A stretch of DNA of 64,000 bases from Candidatus Latescibacterota bacterium (GTDB taxonomy: Bacteria; Latescibacterota; UBA2968; GCA-2709665): assembly GCA_965205485.1 (NCBI GenBank), contig OZ242180.1, positions 3,776,001 to 3,840,000 of the forward strand, given 5' to 3'. Position 1 is the first letter of the stretch. Every line of letters begins with the position of its first letter. Under the pieces are notes generated by a model that ran no database searches, was not told the origin of the DNA, and worked only from the letters and a program-made list of their open reading frames with translations. Shown here piece by piece: positions 51,884 to 59,485 of the stretch. A program made the translations under genes and the position numbers.

Positions 51884-52115
51884 GACTTTCTGAAGGGACG
51901 TCGACCGCATTTATCGGGCGGCCGCCCTCCACGTGGTAATCTCCTTCATGATTCGCCTCCTTTCTTTCGCGGGCAGACCACGCGCCATGACCTGTCCGGG
52001 TTCTGTCGACGCATCAACAGGATGGATACTGTACGGTCCGTATATCTACACGCCGGTGGATGCACGCGGGTGCGCGGCACTCCGTTGGACCGGCCGACCG
52101 TGGTAATTCTACCCG

Positions 52116-52937
52116 CTATGGTCCAATGTTGCGGGAAGCCGCGCAAATGTCGGCCAAAACGGCAGTTACCGGCTCCAGCGAGGTCTCTGGCGCCAGCACG
52201 ACATCATACGCCGAACGGTATTCCTGGAGGTGGTCGGAGTCGGCGGGGAAGGCGAAGGTGAGCAGTCGTGTGTGGCTGATGTTTTCAGCCATCCTCGTAT
52301 CCTCAAGCGTGTCGCCAAGGAGCAGCAGATTGCTGCGTCCTGCCATCTCCGGTGTGACATCCACGCGCCGAGCGTGTTTATTCAGGCTGTGGATCAGTGG
52401 GGTCCGGTACGCAACCGCAGTACCGTCGGCGTCGAAAGCCAGCGTGTTGGCGACGATGGTGAAATTGTCCGTGGATTGGCCTTCTTCCGCAAGTCGCGCT
52501 TCGATGATTTCCCTGATACCTGCGGACAGGATGATCAGCGGTATCCGGCGTTCGCGCACGGTCTGAAAAAAAAGGCCGGCACCGTCTCGAAGGTGCGGCC
52601 GATTCTCGCGGACAATCCGGCGGATCGTCCGTTTATTGAGTTTGAAATCCAGAAGCAGGTCGAACTGAAGGGACCACCAGCGGCGCAGGTGACGCGACTT
52701 GTCGCCTTCCGATATTTCGGGTGCGCGTTCGATGCTTCGGTATCGGTCAAACAGTTCCTGGTAACGTCGGGTGAACGCCGGCCCGAGAAGCCCGCTGTTC
52801 GCGATGACCGAACAGGAGGACTGATCACTACCGTCTTCAGCCGTGGACCGGGTCAGGGTTCTGTCCCAGTCGCTGACAACCAGGATCCTTTCGGGCCCGT
52901 CTTCCTGAAATTGCTTCAGCTTGTAACGCCATCGCAT
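52116..52937 (-). CDS. HAD-family pyrimidine 5'-nucleotidase (NT5C3/UMPH-1 type)
   Basis: SDWDRTLT, WW, LRDG, SAG, PLIH..NK, NLLLLGD..D..MA, YDVVL; start placed after the MITE. Confidence 0.8.
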   Translation of the reverse strand: MRWRYKLKQFQEDGPERILVVSDWDRTLTRSTAEDGSDQSSCSVIANSGLLGPAFTRRYQELFDRYRSIERAPEISEGDKSRHLRRWWSLQFDLLLDFKLNKRTIRRIVRENRPHLRDGAGLFFQTVRERRIPLIILSAGIREIIEARLAEEGQSTDNFTIVANTLAFDADGTAVAYRTPLIHSLNKHARRVDVTPEMAGRSNLLLLGDTLEDTRMAENISHTRLLTFAFPADSDHLQEYRSAYDVVLAPETSLEPVTAVLADICAASRNIGP

Positions 52938-52970
52938 ACGGTGTTTCGCCGCTCCGGGACGATGGTCTAG

Positions 52971-53130
52971 CAGTCCGTTGATAAAGTCGCTCTGCAGGCG
53001 AGGCCGAGGCATTGTGGTCGAAGACAAGGCGCGCAACCGAGTCCCATCCCTCGATTCGGCGAGGGCGCGCAACGCAGTATTTCGACCGCAAGGGCCGGCC
53101 GTAGCCCGGATGGGCTTTTTCAACGGGCTG
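52971..53130. mobile_element. 160-bp MITE-like element
   Basis: TIR CAGTCCGTTGATAAAG / CTTTTTCAACGGGCTG (2 mismatches in 16), flanked by CTAG and TTAG. Confidence 0.8.
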
Positions 53131-53442
53131 TTAGTCCGACGATTCGGCTTCAAGGGACTGGGACAGCACTCTTTTCAGAATCTTGCCGGGTTTGAACATG
53201 ACTTTGCGGCGGGCGGGCACATAGACCGTTTCGCCGGTGCTGGGGTTGCGCGCCTGGTTCTTTTCCTTCGTCTCCTTGACTTCCCAGGAGCCAAAGCCGC
53301 GTATCTCGATCCGTTTGCCGTTGCAGATCGAAGACGTCATGGCTTCGAACAGCACGTCGACGGCTTCCAAGGCTTTGGTTTTGGGATGACCGATGTTGTC
53401 TGAAAGGTACCGCGCCAGAGAAGCCTTGGTAATCGTTGCCAT
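53131..53442 (-). CDS. HU/IHF-family DNA-binding protein
   Basis: TK..L, IEIRGFGS, ARNP.TGE...VPA....FKPGK.LK. Confidence 0.95.
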   Translation of the reverse strand: MATITKASLARYLSDNIGHPKTKALEAVDVLFEAMTSSICNGKRIEIRGFGSWEVKETKEKNQARNPSTGETVYVPARRKVMFKPGKILKRVLSQSLEAESSD

Positions 53443-53487
53443 GCGTTTTCCTTGAATGAGGCAGTTTCCCGGAACTTCGACCCGGGA

Positions 53488-53516
53488 ACGATAACTTAGA
53501 AATCTACCAATGTCAA
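53488..53516 (-). promoter_or_regulatory. sigma70 promoter of the HU/IHF gene
   Basis: Minus strand TTGACA-N17-TATCGT. Confidence 0.6.
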
Positions 53517-53617
53517 CAGAAAAACAAGATCCCTAAATGACTGTTTTACGTTCCCTTCGGGCGACTACGGCACGAGAGATTGCGGGTGGTATATCCCATT
53601 GCCTTCCAAAAGAACCC

Positions 53618-53646
53618 TTGCCCGCATTTCGCGCCGGGTTTATATT
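53618..53646 (+). promoter_or_regulatory. sigma70 promoter of the lipoprotein genes
   Basis: TTGCCC-N17-TATATT. Confidence 0.5.
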
Positions 53647-53726
53647 GAAATTCGAAGCCGGAGCACTCCGTAAGTCGCCCGTGCTCGAGGGTTCAGTATT
53701 TGAAATCCAAAAGGAGACCGCATCCT

Positions 53727-54152
53727 ATGAAACCCGCTTTGGTGGGTCTGCTGGCAATATGCGTCTGCGTCGCGTGCGGCGGTGAAGACAACGAAAATAA
53801 CCCCGCGAGTTCCGAGTCGCTGGCCGGGTCCTACGATCTGTTGAGGTTGACCCCATCGGGCGGTTCCGCGATATCACCGCCCAACGCTTCCGGGATAATG
53901 ACATTAACGGAAAACCGGTATTCGATTGTGGCCTCCTACGTTACAGCGGGTTCGGAGGACGTAATCCGGGTCGCACAGACCGGAGGGTACGCAAGGTCCG
54001 GCGCCAGTCTGAGTCTCACTCCCGACGGTGGTGGCGGCGCCCAGTCAGGTCAGGTGGCGTCCGGTGGAAGTTCGATCACCGTACTGATTTCGGCGCAGGC
54101 GGGCGGTCAGGCACAGACGTTGACGCTGGTTTTTTCCAGGTCAGGTGAATAG
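53727..54152 (+). CDS. Lipoprotein, possible lipocalin-like beta barrel
   Basis: AAGGAG SD; lipobox CVAC-GG; LAGSY.L motif. Confidence 0.7.
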   Translation: MKPALVGLLAICVCVACGGEDNENNPASSESLAGSYDLLRLTPSGGSAISPPNASGIMTLTENRYSIVASYVTAGSEDVIRVAQTGGYARSGASLSLTPDGGGGAQSGQVASGGSSITVLISAQAGGQAQTLTLVFSRSGE

Positions 54153-54216
54153 GCCGCGGTGCGGTCTTCGCGAAGGGGTTCGGGATCGGGACACGCGTTT
54201 AAGGAATGAAGGTGCG

Positions 54217-54855
54217 ATGAGTCGAATCGGTGTGATAGCGTTACTGCTGGCCATCTTCGCGGCGTGTAAACCTTCGGAGGACACGGATCTCATCGCCATG
54301 GTCAAGAAGGGAGATGAAGAGGGCGTAAAGACGCTGCTGGACGAAGGCGCCGACGCGAACGAAGAAGGCAAGGCAGGTACGACTCCGCTGATCGAAGCCG
54401 CGAAAAAGGGCGTTCCTGAAGTCCTGCGGCATCTGCTCGATGCAGGCGCGGAAGTCAACGATGACCTTTATAGCAGAACCGCGTTGATGGCGGCGGCGAT
54501 CAAGAAGGATTCGACGATCACCGAGATCCTGCTGGAGGCGGGCGCCGACGTGGATGCCAGAGACCTGAACCATCGGACACCCTTAATGTTCGCGTCCGAT
54601 GCCGGGCTGACGGGCGTCGTCCACGTCCTGCTGGCTGCGGGGGCTGATGTCAACGCTGTCGCGCGGTCTGGCTGGACACCTCTGATCTACGCGGCCTACG
54701 GGGGCCACAAGGAGGTTGTGAGCCGGCTGCTCGACGAGGGCGCCGATGTCAACGCGGTCACCAGAAACGGGAAGACCGCCGTCTGGCTGGCGGAGTACCG
54801 CGACAAGCCCGAGGTCGCCGAGGTATTGAGAGAAGCCGGTGCAAAAGACCGTTAA
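54217..54855 (+). CDS. Ankyrin-repeat lipoprotein
   Basis: Lipobox FAAC; repeats G.TPL..AA..G....V..LL..GADVNA. Confidence 0.93.
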   Translation: MSRIGVIALLLAIFAACKPSEDTDLIAMVKKGDEEGVKTLLDEGADANEEGKAGTTPLIEAAKKGVPEVLRHLLDAGAEVNDDLYSRTALMAAAIKKDSTITEILLEAGADVDARDLNHRTPLMFASDAGLTGVVHVLLAAGADVNAVARSGWTPLIYAAYGGHKEVVSRLLDEGADVNAVTRNGKTAVWLAEYRDKPEVAEVLREAGAKDR

Positions 54856-55107
54856 CCTGCCGGCATGACGGGTCTGATTACACTCCCTAAGGCGCTCTTC
54901 GAGTGCCTTTTTCTCTTACGCGGTCCGGGATACGTAAGGATTCATTGCTTTGCCCCGAAAAAGTGAGCATTTTTCCGGCTCCCGGCACTCTTCCTGAATC
55001 AGTTTTTACTCTGCTCTCGGTTCTTGATCCTGATCCGTACCGATCCTGCTGTTGTTTTCTTATCCTGTCCATCCATGTAAGTTTGAATTCTTTAGAAAAG
55101 AGGCCGA

Positions 55108-56229
55108 GTGGCGATCCTGAATGCGGCAATTATTGGTCTCGGCGGGAGATCGGGGGCGCATCTCTCCGTGTTGCCGGTCCTTTCCGACAGGTACAGATTG
55201 GTCGGCGTGTGCGATATCGACGCGGAAAAGGCACAAGCGGTCGCCGAACAGACGGGTGCGACGGCGTATTCGGATCTTCAGTCGATGCTGGATTCGGAGT
55301 CGCCGGACGTCGCATTGATCGCTGCCTTGCCGGAGCTTCATCACCCGATTGCGCGCACGCTCGCCGAAAGCCAGATTCACATCCTTTCCGAGACTCCTAT
55401 TGCGCACACGCTTCCGTGTGCCGACATGATGATCAAGGCCGCGGAGGATAACGGCGTTTATCTGGAAGTCTCCGAGAACGCCCGTAGATGGCCTCGCGAA
55501 AGGTTGAAACAGAAAATCGTAAGGGACGGACTCATCGGAGACGTCCGGGAATTCTACGTTTCGTATACGTCCGGATCATATCACGGCATCAGCGCGATCC
55601 GGTCGATTCTCGGATCGGAACCGAGGGCTGTTTCAGGTTCTTTTCCGGACTCTCCGGAAGTGAGAGAGCGGGGTATCATACGTTGGGCGGAAGCGATCCG
55701 CGGGACATACGAACATAACACGCGTCGGAAGAATTACTGGGAGGTTATTGGTTCGGACGGAGCTATTCGTGGAATGGAACTGAACCTTTATAGGGGGGAC
55801 AGAAAGTTGCCGATTGTCAGCGGGGCATCGGCAACCGGGCAGACAAGCATGATACATCGATCCAGCGTGGGCACAAAGCCTGAGGCTGTCTGGGAGAGTC
55901 CGCTCAGGGCTTATGCGCTTCCCGATGAAGACAGCATTGCCATTGCCGAGGCCTGGTGCAGCCTGCACGATGCCGTGGTCCAGGGAGCGGCTCTGGAATA
56001 TGGCGCGCACAATGCCAGAAGAGATCTCGAAGTGTTGATGGCCGTCCGAGAGTCGGGCGGCAGGGAGGGGATATGGGTGGACCTGCCCCTCGAGCGTATG
56101 ACAGACCACGAAAAGAGGATTCACTCAGCCTTTGAAGAGAACTACGGCGTCGACCTCCTCGATCTGACGCTACACCATCCGGCGCAGCGGGGATCGCTCA
56201 CCCCGCGTCTGCGGGAACTGTTGTATTGA
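55108..56229 (+). CDS. Gfo/Idh/MocA-family oxidoreductase
   Basis: IIG.G.R, VCD, HILSETP (EKP-equivalent). Confidence 0.85.
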   Translation: MAILNAAIIGLGGRSGAHLSVLPVLSDRYRLVGVCDIDAEKAQAVAEQTGATAYSDLQSMLDSESPDVALIAALPELHHPIARTLAESQIHILSETPIAHTLPCADMMIKAAEDNGVYLEVSENARRWPRERLKQKIVRDGLIGDVREFYVSYTSGSYHGISAIRSILGSEPRAVSGSFPDSPEVRERGIIRWAEAIRGTYEHNTRRKNYWEVIGSDGAIRGMELNLYRGDRKLPIVSGASATGQTSMIHRSSVGTKPEAVWESPLRAYALPDEDSIAIAEAWCSLHDAVVQGAALEYGAHNARRDLEVLMAVRESGGREGIWVDLPLERMTDHEKRIHSAFEENYGVDLLDLTLHHPAQRGSLTPRLRELLY

Positions 56230-56309
56230 GTTTGGCAGGCCGTGCGAGCGCCAATTCTGATATCGAGAAATAAATGGGATCCTGATCCTCCTAACCGCAG
56301 GAGAACGAA

Positions 56310-56687
56310 ATGATCAACAACATTCACAAGATCGCCCTCGTCAGCGACGATATCGAAGGCGCCGTACGCTTCTATACGGAGACGCTGGGCCTGACCGAAC
56401 TCGAACGCTTCCCGAATGAGGACGATGAGGATTTCGTCTTTCTCAAGGCTGGCGACATGATCCTGGAGCTGATGCCGCAGAAGACCATGCAGGCTGACGT
56501 GGGCTTCCATCACGTCTCGTTCAAGGTTGGCAATGTCGACGAAAGCGCCGGCGAGCTCAAGGGCGCCGGCGTGGATATCGCCGTGGAGCCGTTCGACGCG
56601 GAGGGTACGGATATCCGCCTGAGCTTCTTCAACGGCCCGGATGACGTCCTCCTCCAGCTCTTTCAACGCGAATCCGATCCTGCCTGA
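56310..56687 (+). CDS. VOC/glyoxalase-family protein
   Basis: IALVS.D......FY...LGL, GFHH.SF.V, FF.GPD. Confidence 0.9.
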   Translation: MINNIHKIALVSDDIEGAVRFYTETLGLTELERFPNEDDEDFVFLKAGDMILELMPQKTMQADVGFHHVSFKVGNVDESAGELKGAGVDIAVEPFDAEGTDIRLSFFNGPDDVLLQLFQRESDPA

Positions 56688-56711
56688 AAAACACGCTGTT
56701 CGTCTGAAGAA

Positions 56712-56769
56712 GGACCCGACGCAATAAAGCCGTACGCCCTCAGGCGTACGGCTTTATTGCGTCGGGTCC
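56712..56769. repeat. Perfect 27-bp inverted repeat with 4-nt loop
   Basis: GGACCCGACGCAATAAAGCCGTACGCC-CTCA-GGCGTACGGCTTTATTGCGTCGGGTCC between convergent genes. Confidence 0.9.
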
Positions 56770-56803
56770 GCCAGTTCCTGGTTAAGGGATCTTCAAGGGT
56801 TCA

Positions 56804-58162
56804 TTACCTCGGATCCAGCACGCGTCCGACAAACAGGATGGCATCCGTGGCGTTGTCCCGGATCAGAAAGATGAACGGCCGGTCGGCCGTGAAGGCCGGC
56901 GGCAACGAGGTGACACCGATCGTGCCGCCCGTTGCAGCGCCGGCCTCGGTGCCCCGTTCGTCCACCTTGACAAACGCCTTGTGAACGACCGCCGAGAGGT
57001 AGAGTTCCTTCGTTTCGGCCATTCCTGAAAAGTCGGCCGATTCGGAGTCGAAAGCGTCCGGCATCCCCATTCCAGCCAGCGTGTCGCCCAGCCTGAATTC
57101 GGACTTGATCTCGAAGGACGGAACGGAGAGTCTGAGGCGGATGGGCCTCATTAGCTTCGAAATCTCACTGACGAGGTCCGCGCTCAACGCGTCTTCGAGC
57201 TGACCGAATTCGCCACTGGCAGGAAGAAGGATGATCAGCGACGCCTCCTCTCCCGCATAGAGCATTTCCACTGACTGGACCTGGTGTGTCTCGTGCATCC
57301 CGTAGTTGAAAGCCTCCGTCTGGTGCATCATGGGCACGTTGACGCGATCCCCGCTCAGGAGGTGAAACGAATCACTCGTGGTCCGGTTTTCGTCGAAAGG
57401 GTAGTGCCAGGCGGCGTTGAAATAAATGGCATTTGTCAGTACCAGCCGCGTCAGTTGGTCGATGACGCCCTGGGGAATCAGGTCCTGGATTGTGTCTTCC
57501 GTCCTTTTCGCGACCCAGTCGTTGATGGCCGTCCGCGATGCCTCCGGATTTTCCACGAAGTCAACCGCCCGCATTCCGGCGCCGTAGTTTTCGGCCAGCG
57601 TGTCGAGGAAGCGCGGCAGAAACGCGTACCCCTTCTGACCCCAGATGGCATTGGCGATGTTCAGCCGGAAGTTTTCGGCATCCTGACCGCCGCTGCCTTC
57701 CCCGCGGGATGAGAGCGCGAGGTCGAGGACGTTGAACGCGGGGTGCAGCTGATCCGCGGGAAGTTGAAACCGAAGGACCTCCTCCATCTGTCGCGCCGTC
57801 TCGCCCCTCGCACCGGCGTACATCATAGCCAGCGCCACGGAGATGCTGTGCGGAGAATAGAACAGATTCCCGTCCTGCTCTCTCAACGTTTCGTAGAGGT
57901 CGAACGCGAATGCGCTGTTTCCCCGCACCAGGTCGTCCAGCTTCACATCCGATGCGGACAGAGAGGTCTTTCGCGCCTTTTCGGACCGCAGTACTTCGGT
58001 CGATTGGTCTTCACTTTCGTTCGCCGCCTCGTCAATCGGCGATTCCCCTCCGCATCCGGGGTGCGTAGAGATCAGAATTGCGGCAATAAATGCGGAAAGC
58101 CAACTTCCGAGGGGGGTCCGAATCCTTGTCAGGTTTGATCGTCCTGTTGCAGAGTCCATCAT
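56804..58162 (-). CDS. Serpin (serine protease inhibitor), probable lipoprotein
   Basis: N..FAF.LY, N.FYSP.SI, LVL.NAIYF...W, hinge ERGTEAGAAT, F.ADRPF.F.I; Cys-Gly-Gly after hydrophobic N-terminus. Confidence 0.95.
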   Translation of the reverse strand: MMDSATGRSNLTRIRTPLGSWLSAFIAAILISTHPGCGGESPIDEAANESEDQSTEVLRSEKARKTSLSASDVKLDDLVRGNSAFAFDLYETLREQDGNLFYSPHSISVALAMMYAGARGETARQMEEVLRFQLPADQLHPAFNVLDLALSSRGEGSGGQDAENFRLNIANAIWGQKGYAFLPRFLDTLAENYGAGMRAVDFVENPEASRTAINDWVAKRTEDTIQDLIPQGVIDQLTRLVLTNAIYFNAAWHYPFDENRTTSDSFHLLSGDRVNVPMMHQTEAFNYGMHETHQVQSVEMLYAGEEASLIILLPASGEFGQLEDALSADLVSEISKLMRPIRLRLSVPSFEIKSEFRLGDTLAGMGMPDAFDSESADFSGMAETKELYLSAVVHKAFVKVDERGTEAGAATGGTIGVTSLPPAFTADRPFIFLIRDNATDAILFVGRVLDPR

Positions 58163-58442
58163 TTCTCGATGCTCTCCGGTGGAAAGATGTGCACGTATTG
58201 GTCGTCTGTGCCTATATTTGTGAGAAATCTCCCTATAATGCCGAATCGTCTTCAGCCGCGTCCACAGTGGCAGAAATGCAGAGAATACATCTTGCCCGAG
58301 CTTTAAACGCCTGCCATTGCGGCGGGTTTCCCGTTAATCGGTGTTCAAACGCACAACCTCAGACGTTATGTCGCTCCCGGCTCTCTGGTTCGTAATAGGG
58401 AATGGCTTGACATGTAGCGATTTTGTGTCATTTCTACCCATA

Positions 58443-58544
58443 GAACGACACCTGTTGTATGTTGCCTGCACCCGCGCTCGTGATTACCTGATGGTTTCCG
58501 GGGTCAGGCCGGCTTCCGAGTTCCTTGATGACCTTCGGGAATGA
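58443..58544 (+). pseudogene. C-terminal remnant of a UvrD/REP-type helicase
   Basis: ERHLLYVACTRARD.L...G..PASEFL (motif VI) with no upstream helicase body. Confidence 0.75.
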
Positions 58545-58612
58545 TGTCATTGGCGGGGAATTTGCGTTGTTGCATCTGGCACAGTGTGATAGAGAACCAC
58601 GAAAGCGAGAAG

Positions 58613-59272
58613 ATGATGGCGGAAAAAAGAGACGGTCTTCCGTACGTCTGGGTGACCTGGCTGACGAAGTTGCTTACCGGAGAAGCGTCATGCGAGTGGG
58701 CAGGCTGGTTTCAAGCCCAACACGACAGAAAGACGTGGACTGCGGTGCCGGATGATTTCGATGCGACGACGTGGCAGATCGAACATACGGCGGCGAGGAA
58801 TAAATATCAGGAAATGCTCGAGGATAAAGGCTTTGACGTGTCAACCGAGTCTCAGAATTCGTTCCACCTCAAGGGAAGGACGGCGACGGTTGGGGGAAAG
58901 CCTGATTTGATCGCGGTGAAGGGAAGTCGCGGCCTGATTGCAGATATCAAAACGGGTCAACCCAGGACTTCGGACCACGTACAGGTCATGCTTTATATGT
59001 ACGCCGTTCCGAAAGCATTTCATGCCAGATACAAAGAGGTTGTATTCGAGGGGCGGGTTGTCTATGGAGAGCGGGAGGTCCCGGTCCAATCATCGGCCGT
59101 TGACGGTAAATTCATCGAGCGATTTGCGGAGTTAATTGGAAGGTTGGCGTCGAACAAACCGGCCAGAAAGGTCCCGAGCTATGGAGAATGCGGGTTTTGC
59201 AGGATTCCGGTGAGCGAATGCCCGGAGCGAGCGGACAACGAAACACCGGCCGCAGAAGTCGACGATTTCTGA
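58613..59272 (+). CDS. PD-(D/E)XK nuclease, Cas4/AddB-like with putative Fe-S cysteines
   Basis: N-terminal Cys (SCEW), GKPDL, IADIKTG, QVMLY, C-terminal CGFC......C. Confidence 0.8.
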   Translation: MMAEKRDGLPYVWVTWLTKLLTGEASCEWAGWFQAQHDRKTWTAVPDDFDATTWQIEHTAARNKYQEMLEDKGFDVSTESQNSFHLKGRTATVGGKPDLIAVKGSRGLIADIKTGQPRTSDHVQVMLYMYAVPKAFHARYKEVVFEGRVVYGEREVPVQSSAVDGKFIERFAELIGRLASNKPARKVPSYGECGFCRIPVSECPERADNETPAAEVDDF

Positions 59273-59318
59273 CCCTGGAATAACACCGCGTCAAGTTAAG
59301 AGCAGGGTCCAAAGATCA

Positions 59319-59351
59319 AAGAGGAAGCCGATGGAATTCCGGCTCCCTCTT
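59319..59351 (-). terminator. Hairpin downstream of the tRNA
   Basis: Minus strand AAGAGGGAGCCG ... CGGCTTCCTCTT. Confidence 0.6.
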
Positions 59352-59359
59352 GTGTATTC

Positions 59360-59436
59360 TGGTGGGCCCTGCAGGACTCGAACCTGCGACCAACGGATTA
59401 TGAGTCCGCCGCTCTAACCAACTGAGCTAAGGGCCC
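59360..59436 (-). tRNA. tRNA with CAT anticodon, probably tRNA-Ile2 (lysidine)
   Basis: GGGCCCTTAGCTCAGTTGGTTAGAGCGGCGGACTCATAATCCG...GGTTCGAGTCC...GGGCCCACCA; paired 1:72 and no GGG/CCC anticodon stem, so not the initiator. Confidence 0.92.
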
Positions 59437-59485
59437 GTAACAGGGAAATCTACACGAAATGGGGGAAAGGACAAGGGTTTTGTGG

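Noticed and set aside
52938..53153. 71-aa N-terminal extension of the nucleotidase
   Set aside because: Read-through of the MITE sequence
55021..55080. ATCCTG-rich low-complexity stretch (ATCCTGTCCATCCATGT)
   Set aside because: Too short and irregular for an array; no clear second copy in the window
58613..59272. CRISPR-Cas locus
   Set aside because: No repeat-spacer array or other cas genes seen anywhere in the window
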